A stretch of 64,000 bases of DNA from Candidatus Obscuribacteraceae bacterium (GTDB lineage Bacteria; Cyanobacteriota; Vampirovibrionia; Obscuribacterales; Obscuribacteraceae), in the NCBI GenBank assembly GCA_044226015.1, contig JBGAHS010000002.1:64001-128000 (forward strand), in the 5' to 3' direction. The notes under the pieces are model-generated. The model was not told where the DNA came from. It ran no database searches and was given only the letters and a program-made list of their open reading frames with translations. Below are positions 10,009-20,477 of the stretch, piece after piece. Positions within the stretch are counted from its first letter, which is position 1, and the number at the start of each line of letters is the position of its first letter. A program made the position numbers and the translations under genes.

Positions 10009-10425
10009 TCCTGTGGCTCTCAGACCAGTGAAAGTTTTTCTCTAGGTTTATCTTTCCCAATAGACAGGAATCCAAACCCAACGCCAGTTTTCAAGCGAAA
10101 AGCCCTGCTTTATAAGTCGCCGCGAAACATATGCGATACACCCACAAACAGAACCTCCGCGGACAGAATTCGTCAAAATTAAATGTGGTTTTCAAGCGAA
10201 GCAACTCATCAGGATTTTTCGTTTCGCCCAAAAAGTTGTTAGCTGAAAAATTTAAGCCAAAAGGGAAGTCCTCGCCCCTCCATAATATCGATTCAATTCA
10301 CAGCCATAAAGCTGATAAAAACAATCGATTGCGTCGATGGCACAAAACTGACTTAAACAATCGGGCGTTGTAGCTGCCAGACTGCATCGCACACAGCCCG
10401 GGGATGGAATGGGTCCGAAAGCTTG

Positions 10426-11019
10426 CTATTTAGCCGGCTCAGCGCCGCCGCCACCGGACATCTTCGACTTGATTTTTTCCATCATACTGGGGTCATTCAT
10501 AATTCGCTCTTTTATGGAATCAGGAATGTTGTCCAGCTTTCCACCGAGCTTATTTTTCAACTTGTCAATCATGTCGCCTGAGCCGCCACCCTCAATTGCA
10601 GCTGGACTTCCAGGCTTGCTTGCAGTCGGAGCCGAAATGGTCGAATCGCTGCCGGTAATCTGTGAACCCTGCGGGGGCAAAGGTTTTTGAGTCTTGAGAA
10701 TCTTCGCATTGTCAACTTGCTTGTTTAGCGCTGCATTAATCGATTCAATTCGAGGACTTATTTTTTCGGCAGCATCACCGGCTTTAACCTGTTCTTCAAT
10801 TGCTTTAAATGCCATCATGTAGGCACTTATGCCTATTCCTTGCGCTTTCGCCTGTAAGATGCGCTCATACAATTTCTGGCGAGCATCTTGCGCAGGCCCG
10901 GGGGTGACTCCATCTTCCGCAAATGAGGGGGATACAAAAGACAGTGCGATCAAGGTACCAAACAAAAGCTTGCTTCCCAGCTCGAATACTCTGCTCATCT
11001 CAATCTCTCCAATTCCCAT
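10426..11019 (-). CDS. Exported hypothetical protein
   Basis: Signal peptide ..SPSFA/ED, helical body; 197 aa ORF. Confidence 0.75.
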   Translation of the reverse strand: MGIGEIEMSRVFELGSKLLFGTLIALSFVSPSFAEDGVTPGPAQDARQKLYERILQAKAQGIGISAYMMAFKAIEEQVKAGDAAEKISPRIESINAALNKQVDNAKILKTQKPLPPQGSQITGSDSTISAPTASKPGSPAAIEGGGSGDMIDKLKNKLGGKLDNIPDSIKERIMNDPSMMEKIKSKMSGGGGAEPAK

Positions 11020-11162
11020 TTCTCATGCTACTTCAGTTCAGCACTTTCAGCCTCAAATAAGCTGCACATCGCTGAATTAATCCTACCCATATTGACGCAT
11101 TTTTATAGCAGTTACGCTTTATTGGACGCCTGCATGTAAAATACTGCATGAATCAGCTCTGA

Positions 11163-11513
11163 ATGAGACAAGAATTGAGCCAGGGATTTTCAATCGACAA
11201 ATATTTGAAAGAGGTTGCCGGGCGGCTGAGACAAGCAGAAGCTGAGCGTGCACGAGGCGACCTGGCGCGCCTCGAAGAGCTAGAGCACACCTCGGACATG
11301 ACTCTAGTAAAAAAGTGGGGCTGGATAAGCGTTATTGTTGGCGCTGCATTCAGTTTTGTTGTGCTTCCTTTCATCGTAGGGATTGCGCAGCATTACGTTC
11401 CTGATTGGATTGGAACTTTGCTCTGGTCTGTAATCAAAGTTTCAATGGGAATGACTCTTTTAATGTTAGGTGTGACAATATACTTCACCATAGGTCCAAA
11501 TTCGGACCGTTGA
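11163..11513 (+). CDS. Small two-TM membrane protein
   Basis: 116 aa, two hydrophobic helices, 19 nt upstream of the GS-like gene. Confidence 0.7.
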   Translation: MRQELSQGFSIDKYLKEVAGRLRQAEAERARGDLARLEELEHTSDMTLVKKWGWISVIVGAAFSFVVLPFIVGIAQHYVPDWIGTLLWSVIKVSMGMTLLMLGVTIYFTIGPNSDR

Positions 11514-11532
11514 AAAGGAAGAAGGACTTGGC

Positions 11533-12873
11533 ATGGATCTGGAAACAATAACAGCGCAAATCGAAGAAAATAACATTCAGCTGGTGCGATTTCTCTACTG
11601 CGACACAAGCAATTTAATTCGCGGGAAAGCTACCCATGTGTCCAGCTTCGAGGCGCGAGTACAATCAGGCATCGGTTTGGTGAAGGGCATGATGGCCATG
11701 AACCAGATGGATGAAATGCAAACCGACACCGGATATGGTGCCACAGGTGAAATCAGACTGGTACCAGATCTTTCAACATTCCGAGTTTTGCCATACGCAC
11801 CGTCTTCAGCACTCGTTCTTTGTGACATGCTTGAGTTAGATAAAAGCCCGTGGCTGCTTTGCCCCAGGTCGATTCTCAAACGACAGATTGATCAGTACAA
11901 GCAGCTTGGCATCAGCTTTCAGGCGGCTTTCGAACCCGAGTTTTTTGTAGCAAAACAAGATGGCGACAAACTCATACCAATAGACCAGAGCAATTGCTTC
12001 TCCACTGATGGTATGAATAAAGCCGCTACATTCATCGATGATTTTGTCAAAGCTTTAACTGTTCAAAATTTGTCGGTAGAACAATATTATCCGGAACTAG
12101 GACACGGTCAGCACGAGCTCAGTATCAAACATTCAGAGGCGTTAGAAGCCGCTGACAATCAGATTCTCTATAGAGAAACTCTGCGCGGCGTTGCCGCATT
12201 GCACGGACTCGTCGCAAGCCTTGCCCCGAAACCTGGTGAGAATCTACCGGGTAACGGTTGCCACCTCCACATATCTGCATGGGACAGTGATACCAACAGC
12301 AATCTGTTCTATTCCGATGATGGGCTGAGCAACTTTGGCAAGTGCTTTGTCGCTGGTGTGTTGCGCCATCTTCCAGCACTGGTGGCGATCACATGTCCCT
12401 CAGTCAATTCCTATCGCCGCTTGAAACCAAAATCGTGGGCATCAGCATACACATGCTGGGGTTATGAAAACAGAGAAGCTGCGGTACGAGTGCCATCGCT
12501 TTACTGGGAGAAAGAACTGGAGTCATCGAACATTGAAATAAAGTGCGTAGATTCTAGCGCTAACCCTTATCTGGTTTTAGCAGTAATTATTGCTGCTGGC
12601 ATGGATGGAGTAAAGAGAAAAATGACGCCACCAGAACCGGTATCAACAGACCCCAGCTCAATCAGCCCCGCCGAAGCCAGCGAGAAGAAGGTAGAAAGAC
12701 TTCCGGCTTCGCTGAAAGATTCTTTGAAAAAACTGTTTATGGATCAAACAGTAAAAGAAGCTCTCGGGGAAGAATTTGCAAGAGTCTATCTAAAAGTAAA
12801 AACATCAGAAGACAATTACTTTGCTAATTTGACTCCTGAAGAAGAGATAAAAGCCCACCTCACCCGCTTCTAA
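11533..12873 (+). CDS. Glutamine synthetase-like (gamma-glutamyl ligase) protein
   Basis: IRGK, EPEFF, ELGHGQHE, GNGCHLHIS, NSYRRL, WGYENREAAVRVP, DSSANPYL. Confidence 0.92.
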   Translation: MDLETITAQIEENNIQLVRFLYCDTSNLIRGKATHVSSFEARVQSGIGLVKGMMAMNQMDEMQTDTGYGATGEIRLVPDLSTFRVLPYAPSSALVLCDMLELDKSPWLLCPRSILKRQIDQYKQLGISFQAAFEPEFFVAKQDGDKLIPIDQSNCFSTDGMNKAATFIDDFVKALTVQNLSVEQYYPELGHGQHELSIKHSEALEAADNQILYRETLRGVAALHGLVASLAPKPGENLPGNGCHLHISAWDSDTNSNLFYSDDGLSNFGKCFVAGVLRHLPALVAITCPSVNSYRRLKPKSWASAYTCWGYENREAAVRVPSLYWEKELESSNIEIKCVDSSANPYLVLAVIIAAGMDGVKRKMTPPEPVSTDPSSISPAEASEKKVERLPASLKDSLKKLFMDQTVKEALGEEFARVYLKVKTSEDNYFANLTPEEEIKAHLTRF

Positions 12874-12875
12874 TC

Positions 12876-14021
12876 ATGAGCTTTGAAGTAGAGAAATTCA
12901 TTTTCATCGACAATCACGCCCATTCGCTTTTGAAAAAGTACAATGAGCTCGATGAAATAGGTTTTCGTCAATCATTTAGCGAAAGTAACTCGCTGACTGT
13001 TCTCACTGAACATGTGCCGAACTCAATCCACTATATGGATTTGATGGACCAACTACATCGATATCTGGACATAAAAACCGAGCAGGAATTTATGTCGTTC
13101 AGAATGTCGCAACGTCCTGTAGATTACATTCAAATGCTCTGGGATGACGCATCAATCGGCGCCCTGATAATTGATGACGGATTTGCTTCCGGCGAAACAA
13201 TGAGCCTCGACGAACTCAGCAATTTAAGTCAGCGCCCTGTTTTCCATTGCAAGCGCATCGAGCCCTTAATGGAAGCTTGCTTTCAAGAGACTGATTCCTT
13301 TGAAGAACTGAGAAGAGAATTCGAGAAAAGACTTTTTCCAGCGACGACAAAGCGAAAGAGTGTAAGCCTGAAAACTATTTGCGGCTACCGTGGCGGACTT
13401 GAGCTGATGCGCCCCAGCGTAGCTGAAGCGGAATTAGACTTTATGCAAAGCAAGAAAAAAATTGCTGAAAGCAAAAGGAAATTTCGAATTTCAGCCAGCC
13501 CTCTATATCATTTCTTACTCTTGCAAGCATTTGAGATAGCGGCTCAAGAGGAGGTGCCGGTGCAGGTTCACACGGGCATCGGAGATGACGATGCAGACCT
13601 GGTTAAGTGCAACCCTGCGCTGATGCAAGGTATATTCAGGTCCAGAGCATATTCCAAAACGAAATTCGTTTTACTGCATTGCTATCCCTACATAAGAGAA
13701 GCTGCATTCATGTGCTCACTCTACAGTAACGTGTTCATGGACCTCTCACTATCCATTTCATTAGCTTCGCCGCGAGCAGCGAAAATGGTTTCAGAAGCAC
13801 TTGCCCTGGCACCAGCGAGTAAACTACTTGCAGGCAGCGATGGACATAGCAATCCTGAAAGTCACTGGTACGGGGCTCTCTGCTGGAAGCGAGGACTGAA
13901 ATTCAGTCTCTATGACGTGATCAATCAAGGAGTAATCACGCAGAGAGAAGCAGAAAATATTGCAGGACTGGTGCTACACAAAAATGCCATTAACCTGTAT
14001 AAACTCGAAGGTTTGGTTTGA
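12876..14021 (+). CDS. Amidohydrolase, FluG/NodGS N-terminal-domain type
   Basis: IDNHAH, LKTICGYRGGL, QVHTGIGD, VLLHCYPY, GSDGH; 2 nt after the GS-like stop. Confidence 0.88.
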   Translation: MSFEVEKFIFIDNHAHSLLKKYNELDEIGFRQSFSESNSLTVLTEHVPNSIHYMDLMDQLHRYLDIKTEQEFMSFRMSQRPVDYIQMLWDDASIGALIIDDGFASGETMSLDELSNLSQRPVFHCKRIEPLMEACFQETDSFEELRREFEKRLFPATTKRKSVSLKTICGYRGGLELMRPSVAEAELDFMQSKKKIAESKRKFRISASPLYHFLLLQAFEIAAQEEVPVQVHTGIGDDDADLVKCNPALMQGIFRSRAYSKTKFVLLHCYPYIREAAFMCSLYSNVFMDLSLSISLASPRAAKMVSEALALAPASKLLAGSDGHSNPESHWYGALCWKRGLKFSLYDVINQGVITQREAENIAGLVLHKNAINLYKLEGLV

Positions 14022-14142
14022 GCTAAGCGAATACTTTTTCTTGCATCCAAGGAGGGCTGAGAGCAATCAGAGCTTGTTGCAATCTGACTGGTGCGGATCT
14101 CGGCTGGGGGCGCTGGCTTCGGGCTGGCTTAGAATCGGGGAT

Positions 14143-14898
14143 CTATTCAGCGGGTATATATAGATTCAAACCGTGATCACCAAAGGGATCGAAGTCGTCG
14201 ACGTGAGCCACAAGTTCCTCACCCACTTTCACGTGCAAATGAGTAGCACGACCCGGCGGAATAAAATACCCCTGATGTTCGGGTGAGTAAAAGCCAAGCA
14301 TCTCTGCTCTTACATCCATTGTCTGTCCATGAAATTTCTGCGACTGATGCTTTTGCGGCGTAAGTGGCTTACCGTCATCCTTTACGTTCACCACATGCCA
14401 GGCAATTCTTCCAAAATGTCCTTTAATCAAAAAAGGGAATTGCCTTCGCAAAGGAAAATCATCGCCACCGACCATTGAACTCATCCACTGCTCAAACATG
14501 GCCGGGCTGCGGACAGAGTCAGGAACCATGAGCTTCTTCCACTTTTTGACAGAAGCCCACACTAGAAAAGCCGCGGACTCATTCCAATCGTGTTTGACTT
14601 GAATCTCACCTTTATTAGCACGAGATTCAGATGGAATAGAGTCCCAAATAAGTATTTCGCCTCTCAGCCCAGAGAGGGGACCTAACGCATAAAGGTGTTC
14701 TTTCGACTGCAAATCTTTTAGTGAAACCTTTGCCGCCGCATTGTCCTTATAGATTTCTTGCATAGAGCCGCGGTCATATAACACTATCTGCGGTGCTCTA
14801 AAATGTTTCGCCCAAACAGCAGCGCTGTCCTTCAGGAAGGGGGAAAAGAACCCCAGAACCAAAAGAACAGCGCTAATAACTGCTGAGCGAGGTCGCAT
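14143..14898 (-). CDS. Acetolactate decarboxylase-like protein with N-terminal signal/anchor
   Basis: YALGPLSGLRGEI, GFYS..HQG, THLHV..AHVDD (HxH..H metal triad); hydrophobic N-terminus. Confidence 0.7.
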   Translation of the reverse strand: MRPRSAVISAVLLVLGFFSPFLKDSAAVWAKHFRAPQIVLYDRGSMQEIYKDNAAAKVSLKDLQSKEHLYALGPLSGLRGEILIWDSIPSESRANKGEIQVKHDWNESAAFLVWASVKKWKKLMVPDSVRSPAMFEQWMSSMVGGDDFPLRRQFPFLIKGHFGRIAWHVVNVKDDGKPLTPQKHQSQKFHGQTMDVRAEMLGFYSPEHQGYFIPPGRATHLHVKVGEELVAHVDDFDPFGDHGLNLYIPAE

Positions 14899-14901
14899 CG
14901 A

Positions 14902-15936
14902 TTACATCAAGGACTTCATGATTTCATCGAGAGCAGACTTCGGAGGACGAGTCACTGACTGTGGAAGTGTTGCCAGGGCTTGATCACCCAGGCTCATCAC
15001 TTCGGAGAATGGCTCGTTTTCTTCATTAACATAGAGCAACCCGGTCAAGAAATGTCTATCTTGCGCAGCTTTGTGCAACGTAGCGATTGCTTGTGCACGA
15101 TCCTTAGGATTGTAATCGTGCCCGGTCTTCTTCAATGTGATTTTTGAACCGTCATGCATTTCAACTTCTTGAACTGCACCTGGTTCATAGTCAACGGTGA
15201 TTTGCTCGTAGAAGCCAACATAACCGAGTTCATGCAATGGCTCTTCGTGCTCTTTGGCGTACTTATAGCCTTTTGTGGAGCCTTCGTGGTTATTGAAGGT
15301 GACACATGGGCTTACTACATCAAGAACAGCAGTTCCATTGTGTGACATAGCGGCTTTCATCAAAGCAACCAACTGTTTCGGGTCGCCGGCGAAAGAGCGT
15401 CCAACAAATCCGCAACCTAACTCAATTGCAAGACTGCAAAGGTCAATCGATTGCAACTCGTTTTGTGCTCCTGATTTCAACTTAGCGCCTTTCTCAGCAG
15501 TCGCGGAGAACTGTCCTTTTGTCAAACCATAAACGCCGTTGTTTTCAACGATGTATAGCATCGGAACATTACGTCTAACGATATGACAGAACTGACCTAA
15601 GCCGATGCTTGCCGTGTCGCCGTCTCCGCTCACAGCAATGAGCTTGAGATTTTTGTTAGCGAGTGAAGCGCCGGTAGCAACTGATGGCATACGGCCGTGC
15701 ACGGCGTTGAATCCGTGAGAGCGGCTCAGGAAGTAAGCTGGAGTTTTGCTCGAGCAGCCGATTCCACTGAGTTTTGCCACCATGTGAGGGTTAACGCCAA
15801 CTTCAAAGCAAGCTTTGATAATCTGCGCAGTGATAGCATCGTGTCCACAACCGTCGCAGAGAGTAGATGCTGAACCTTTGTAATCGGCTTGGGTTAAGCC
15901 AATTCGATTAGTTTTCGGTGCTGGTGCTGTAACCAT
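14902..15936 (-). CDS. 2-oxoacid:ferredoxin oxidoreductase beta subunit
   Basis: LCDGCGH, SGIGCSS, HGRMP, GDGD...NN TPP motif, SPCVTFN. Confidence 0.95.
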   Translation of the reverse strand: MVTAPAPKTNRIGLTQADYKGSASTLCDGCGHDAITAQIIKACFEVGVNPHMVAKLSGIGCSSKTPAYFLSRSHGFNAVHGRMPSVATGASLANKNLKLIAVSGDGDTASIGLGQFCHIVRRNVPMLYIVENNGVYGLTKGQFSATAEKGAKLKSGAQNELQSIDLCSLAIELGCGFVGRSFAGDPKQLVALMKAAMSHNGTAVLDVVSPCVTFNNHEGSTKGYKYAKEHEEPLHELGYVGFYEQITVDYEPGAVQEVEMHDGSKITLKKTGHDYNPKDRAQAIATLHKAAQDRHFLTGLLYVNEENEPFSEVMSLGDQALATLPQSVTRPPKSALDEIMKSLM

Positions 15937-15939
15937 TTT

Positions 15940-17760
15940 CTATTTCTCCTGCTCGAGTATAGCGTCAGTAATCGATCTTGCATCGATTGGCAGACCGTCA
16001 TAGTTGCGCACTGAACGCAGCTTCATTGAGAATTGCGGCAATTCCAATCTGATCAAATCGCGCATCTGAGCGTCGCGGTTTTGCTCGACAACATAAACAT
16101 GGTCGTACTTCTCAACGAACTTGTGCAGTTCTTCAGTGAAAGGTACAGCCTTAAGTCGCAAGTAGCTAGCTTCGAGGTTTGACGCCTTAAGCTGCTCAAG
16201 CGATTCTTTGATCGCTGGGTCGGAAGAGCCGAATGCGATGATGCCGACTTTGGCGTTCTTCGCTTCAATTAATTCCGGTTTTGGAACATAGCTGCGAGCA
16301 GTTTGATACTTCTTGTTCAAACGATCCATCAAATTGACGTAATCATCTGGACGCTCGGTATAGAGAGCTTTCTCGTTGTGACCACTTCCACGTGTGAAGT
16401 AGGCAGCCAACGGATGATCGGTACCAGGAATGGTGCGATAAGGAATACCATCACCATCAACATCGCGATAACGCTCGAATTTGCCCAGTTTTTCCAACTG
16501 CTCAGCATCGAGAACCTTGCCTCTATCGATTGGAGACTCAGGATACTTGAACTGGTCGGACATCCAGTTGTTCATTCCGAGGTCGAGGTCGCTCAAAACA
16601 AACACTGGTGTTTGGAAACGCTCAGCAAGGTCGAAGGCGGTAAGGGCATGCGTATAGCACTCTTCGACGGACCCCGGCAACAAGATAATGTGCTTGGTGT
16701 CACCATGCGACAACTGATAAGTGCTCATCAAGTCTGCCTGGTGAGTACGTGTAGGCATACCGGTTGAAGGACCAACACGCTGAACGTCAAAAATAACGGT
16801 CGGCAACTCAGCAAAATAACCAAGTCCGGTGAATTCACCCATGAGCGAAATTCCAGGACCGCTGGTTGAGGTCATGCTGCGTGCGCCGGCCCAGCCAGCG
16901 CCCAGAGCCATACCGATTGCAGCGATTTCATCTTCTGCCTGAACAATTGCAAAGCTTGGGTTGCCATCTTTGTCCACGCGGTATTCATGCATGTATTCAG
17001 CGAGGCTTTCGCAGAGGCTCGATGAAGGAGTGATGGGGTACCAGGTGACAACAGTCACACCAGCAAACATACAACCCAGAGCAGCGGCGGAGTTACCATC
17101 GATGATGATTTTGCCAGCTGTCTTGTCCATCTTCTCTACAAAGAAAGGATCTTCTTTCTTCAAGTTCTCTTTGGCCCACTGACGGCCTTTATTCGAGGCG
17201 GTCAGGTTCAAATCGATAGCCTTTGTCTTACCTTCGAACTGTTTAGCAATAGCCGCGTCTATTTCCTTCTGGTCAATATTTAGCAATTCGGCAACCACAC
17301 CAACGTAAATCATGTTGGTGAGCAGCTTCTTCATTTTTATATTGTCAGATGTTTCGCTGGCCAATTGAGCAAACGGAACCAGGTAATGGCGAACATCGCT
17401 TCTTACTTTGTCAAGATTCAGCTCACTTGGACTGATGCAAACTGCACCTGGTCTCAATGACCTGACATCCTCGACAGCTGTTTGCGGGTTCATCGCAACC
17501 AGAATGTCGATTTCTTTCTTTCTAGCAATCCATCCGTCCTTGTTCACACGAATTGTGAACCAGGTTGGAAGTCCTGCAATATTTGACGGGAAGAGGTTTT
17601 TGCCGCTTACCGGAATACCCATCTGGAAGATGGAGCGCATCAATACGTTGTTGGAAGATTGGCTTCCAGACCCGTTTACTGTTGCGACTTGAATCGAAAA
17701 ATCATTAATCACTTTGCCCTGTTCTGTTTTTTGGGCGCTGTCTGCTGCTAGGGTCTTCAC
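15940..17760 (-). CDS. 2-oxoacid:acceptor oxidoreductase alpha subunit (gamma-alpha fusion)
   Basis: NGSGSQS, YPITPSS, QAEDEIAA, TSGPGISLM, QRVGPSTGMPT. Confidence 0.95.
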   Translation of the reverse strand: MKTLAADSAQKTEQGKVINDFSIQVATVNGSGSQSSNNVLMRSIFQMGIPVSGKNLFPSNIAGLPTWFTIRVNKDGWIARKKEIDILVAMNPQTAVEDVRSLRPGAVCISPSELNLDKVRSDVRHYLVPFAQLASETSDNIKMKKLLTNMIYVGVVAELLNIDQKEIDAAIAKQFEGKTKAIDLNLTASNKGRQWAKENLKKEDPFFVEKMDKTAGKIIIDGNSAAALGCMFAGVTVVTWYPITPSSSLCESLAEYMHEYRVDKDGNPSFAIVQAEDEIAAIGMALGAGWAGARSMTSTSGPGISLMGEFTGLGYFAELPTVIFDVQRVGPSTGMPTRTHQADLMSTYQLSHGDTKHIILLPGSVEECYTHALTAFDLAERFQTPVFVLSDLDLGMNNWMSDQFKYPESPIDRGKVLDAEQLEKLGKFERYRDVDGDGIPYRTIPGTDHPLAAYFTRGSGHNEKALYTERPDDYVNLMDRLNKKYQTARSYVPKPELIEAKNAKVGIIAFGSSDPAIKESLEQLKASNLEASYLRLKAVPFTEELHKFVEKYDHVYVVEQNRDAQMRDLIRLELPQFSMKLRSVRNYDGLPIDARSITDAILEQEK

Positions 17761-17938
17761 TGAGTTAGTACCTTAAATATGTGATGACGTAGGTCAAGTT
17801 TATCAAGGTACGGCGGGCATCTGGCCAAGCTACAAGATATGCTAATGATTTTCGGCAGTCAGATTGAAACACTTCAAAACATTTGTTCAGATAAGCAGCC
17901 AATCGTTAGCAAAAGAATGCAAAGGCGGCTGTCAAGAG

Positions 17939-19180
17939 TCAACAATAATGCTTTAGCTCTGCGAGGGTGAACGCTAACTGGTCTTCTTTGTGAACATAAG
18001 ACAAAACCAGGTGCTTGCCTTCTATCTCATAATAATGACCAGGATGCACAAGAATGTTCTTGCGCTCAAGCAAGTCCAGGGCTATATCTTCCTCATCGCC
18101 GCTAACAGGCAAAGTCAAATAGAACCCAGCTCTGGGCCGCACGAGCTTGCAGCCCGATAAAGCAGTCATAGCTATCTGCCTCTGACTCCGAATTCTGGCT
18201 TTCAACTCTGCCAAGAATGGCTTACCCAGCTCAAAGATATTGGGTAGGGCGAACTGCATAATCTCATTCACGGGAAGATAGGTGTCCGAAATCATTTCCA
18301 GAGCGGCTCTGGCACGCTTAACCTGCGCCCTGTCGCCACTCATCAAAATCCAGCCAACTTTGACGCCAGGCAAGGCGAATGATTTCGAGAGCCCATTCAA
18401 TGTAAACACAAGAGGAGCATTTAAGCTCAACAGGCGCGGCAACTTATGCTCGCCAAGCACAGAAGATTCCTGAATGTCCGCGCAGTTCTGTGAATCTTCG
18501 AGCACCGAGGACAGCGTTGTGGTGTTCTTGTGCGCCGGTGGCTCAAAAAGAAATTCAGAAAAGACTTCATCAGAAATAATTGCGAGCTTATATTTGCGAG
18601 CGATTCTTGCAAGCTCATTAAGCTCTTCTACGCCAGCATACATTCCTGTCGGATTATGTGGTGAGATCAAAACAATAGCGCGAGTGCGCTCGGAAATATT
18701 GGCTTCAAGGGCATCAAAATCAATACACCACTGACGGTGCTCAAGCAATTGATATGGAACCAACTTCACGTGACTCATCATAGCGATGTAGTCGAGCAGC
18801 GGATAAGAAGGGCTTGGACAGAGTATTTCGTCACCGGGGTTCGCCAACAATTTGAAGCAATAGAGAAAGGAGATACTTGTGCCGGGTGTAAGCAAGATGT
18901 TTTCAGCGTCAATCAATTCACCCTGCTGTGCGTAAAAATTAGAGACCGCAGCCCTGGCGATGGGCTGACCAAAGGTATCAGGTTTGTAGTGGGCGGCTTT
19001 GTCCAGCGATTCAGCGATAATCCGTGAAAGCAAGTTCTGAGGAAAGAGAATTCCAGCCTCGCTCAAATTAGCCCGAACCAGGTCAGTTAGGGGCTCTTTA
19101 GCAGCCTCTTTCTGCGCCTTAAGCTCATAGAGCGGATTCTTCTCCGCAACAAAATCAAATGCCAGGTCAGAAAATTTCAT
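17939..19180 (-). CDS. PLP-dependent aminotransferase class I/II
   Basis: TPGTS, PSPSYP, SPHNPTG, SDEVF, NGLSKSFALPG (PLP lysine). Confidence 0.92.
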   Translation of the reverse strand: MKFSDLAFDFVAEKNPLYELKAQKEAAKEPLTDLVRANLSEAGILFPQNLLSRIIAESLDKAAHYKPDTFGQPIARAAVSNFYAQQGELIDAENILLTPGTSISFLYCFKLLANPGDEILCPSPSYPLLDYIAMMSHVKLVPYQLLEHRQWCIDFDALEANISERTRAIVLISPHNPTGMYAGVEELNELARIARKYKLAIISDEVFSEFLFEPPAHKNTTTLSSVLEDSQNCADIQESSVLGEHKLPRLLSLNAPLVFTLNGLSKSFALPGVKVGWILMSGDRAQVKRARAALEMISDTYLPVNEIMQFALPNIFELGKPFLAELKARIRSQRQIAMTALSGCKLVRPRAGFYLTLPVSGDEEDIALDLLERKNILVHPGHYYEIEGKHLVLSYVHKEDQLAFTLAELKHYC

Positions 19181-19384
19181 GGCAGTAATATAGCATCAAG
19201 AGAATCCGCCATTTAGTCTTCTTCTAGATTTTGGTATCGATAACGTTTGGTTCACAGTGCAGCCCAATACTTCGCCCCATCGAGATTCACTATCGGAAAC
19301 TAGTCTTCGCATATTAGCCAAAATTATGGGAATATTGACTGCGATTATTGCTAATCAGATTACCGTTCATTTGAGAAAATTACA

Positions 19385-20428
19385 GTGCTGAAATCGGCTC
19401 GAACAAACAGCATTAATAAGGCCGTATTCAGATTCTCACTCTTGCTCGCGTTGATTAGCATCGCGCCTTTCGCTATCACAGGCTGCAGCACCAGAACAGA
19501 GAATGATGAACCCGAGCCCGATGATACACCTGTGCCGGCTAACGTTGAGACTTTGGTAAAAAAACGCGGCGACTACCTGAGCTTTTCAGTAGATGAACAC
19601 ACTAATGTTCCTATTAAATGGACTAAGAAAGGTCCTTTGACAGTTTACTTTCATCCGGTTTCGAACGATGTCGAAAGCTACCGCCCCAAGATGCAATTGA
19701 TTATGCACACAGCTCTGGCGAGTTGGACGAAAAAGACAAATGGTGCTGTACGATTTCAAATTGTGAAACAGCTTCCGGCTGACATCGAGATAAAGTATTT
19801 GGATTTCCCACCCGATGAGTCACACTCTCCGGGCTGCACAGACCATGCGCTTGGAGTTACATATGGGCGTCACAACGACAAGAGAATCAAAAGCAAAGAA
19901 ATCGTAATTTGTTTGCCACCGAACTCGACCGACCATCAGGTTCTACATGTCAGCGAACATGAACTAGGTCACGCGCTAGGACTGGGACACAGTCCAATAG
20001 AAACAGACGTCATGGCTACACACATGAATAACTCAGAACCAACCATAACTGACGAAGACGCGCGAACGGTTAAGCGCCTTTATAAATCGAGCACAGGGAA
20101 GCACGATGACGATCCGAAGTTTAACAAAAAGCGCTATATTCAAGATTGGAACGAGTTTGTAAAAGAGAAGATTTGCATACACTCGCACTCAGTTCACGAC
20201 ACCTGCACGCTGCGCATCGCAATTAATAACACCGGAAGAATGTTCAAACATCAGGTTCTTGCCGGGGAAGACTATGGCGAAACTATTCTAGATGCCCTCA
20301 AGCGCATCAACTTTTTTCCGGCACCAGACCTTGCGCCTGGTGATTGGCTGAGCCTCAAGATTAATGCATCGAAAGACCACGAAGTGACAATTAGTCAGAT
20401 CGACCTGATGCACGAACAGATTCCATGA
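19385..20428 (+). CDS. Matrixin (M10-like) metalloprotease, lipoprotein
   Basis: Lipobox AITGC; HELGHALGLGHS with Met-turn DVM; C-terminal TonB-like domain. Confidence 0.88.
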   Translation: MLKSARTNSINKAVFRFSLLLALISIAPFAITGCSTRTENDEPEPDDTPVPANVETLVKKRGDYLSFSVDEHTNVPIKWTKKGPLTVYFHPVSNDVESYRPKMQLIMHTALASWTKKTNGAVRFQIVKQLPADIEIKYLDFPPDESHSPGCTDHALGVTYGRHNDKRIKSKEIVICLPPNSTDHQVLHVSEHELGHALGLGHSPIETDVMATHMNNSEPTITDEDARTVKRLYKSSTGKHDDDPKFNKKRYIQDWNEFVKEKICIHSHSVHDTCTLRIAINNTGRMFKHQVLAGEDYGETILDALKRINFFPAPDLAPGDWLSLKINASKDHEVTISQIDLMHEQIP

Positions 20429-20439
20429 GGGCTACTCGA

Positions 20440-20477
20440 TCGTTCCAGCAATTGGGGCTCGCTCCAGCAATTAGGGC
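20440..20477. repeat. 19-bp imperfect tandem duplication
   Basis: TCGTTCCAGCAATTGGGGC / TCGCTCCAGCAATTAGGGC (17/19 identical); AGGGCTAC also occurs at 20428 and 20473. Confidence 0.7.

Noticed and set aside
10131..10373. 80-aa intergenic ORF
   Set aside because: No RBS, no motif, AT-rich promoter-like composition
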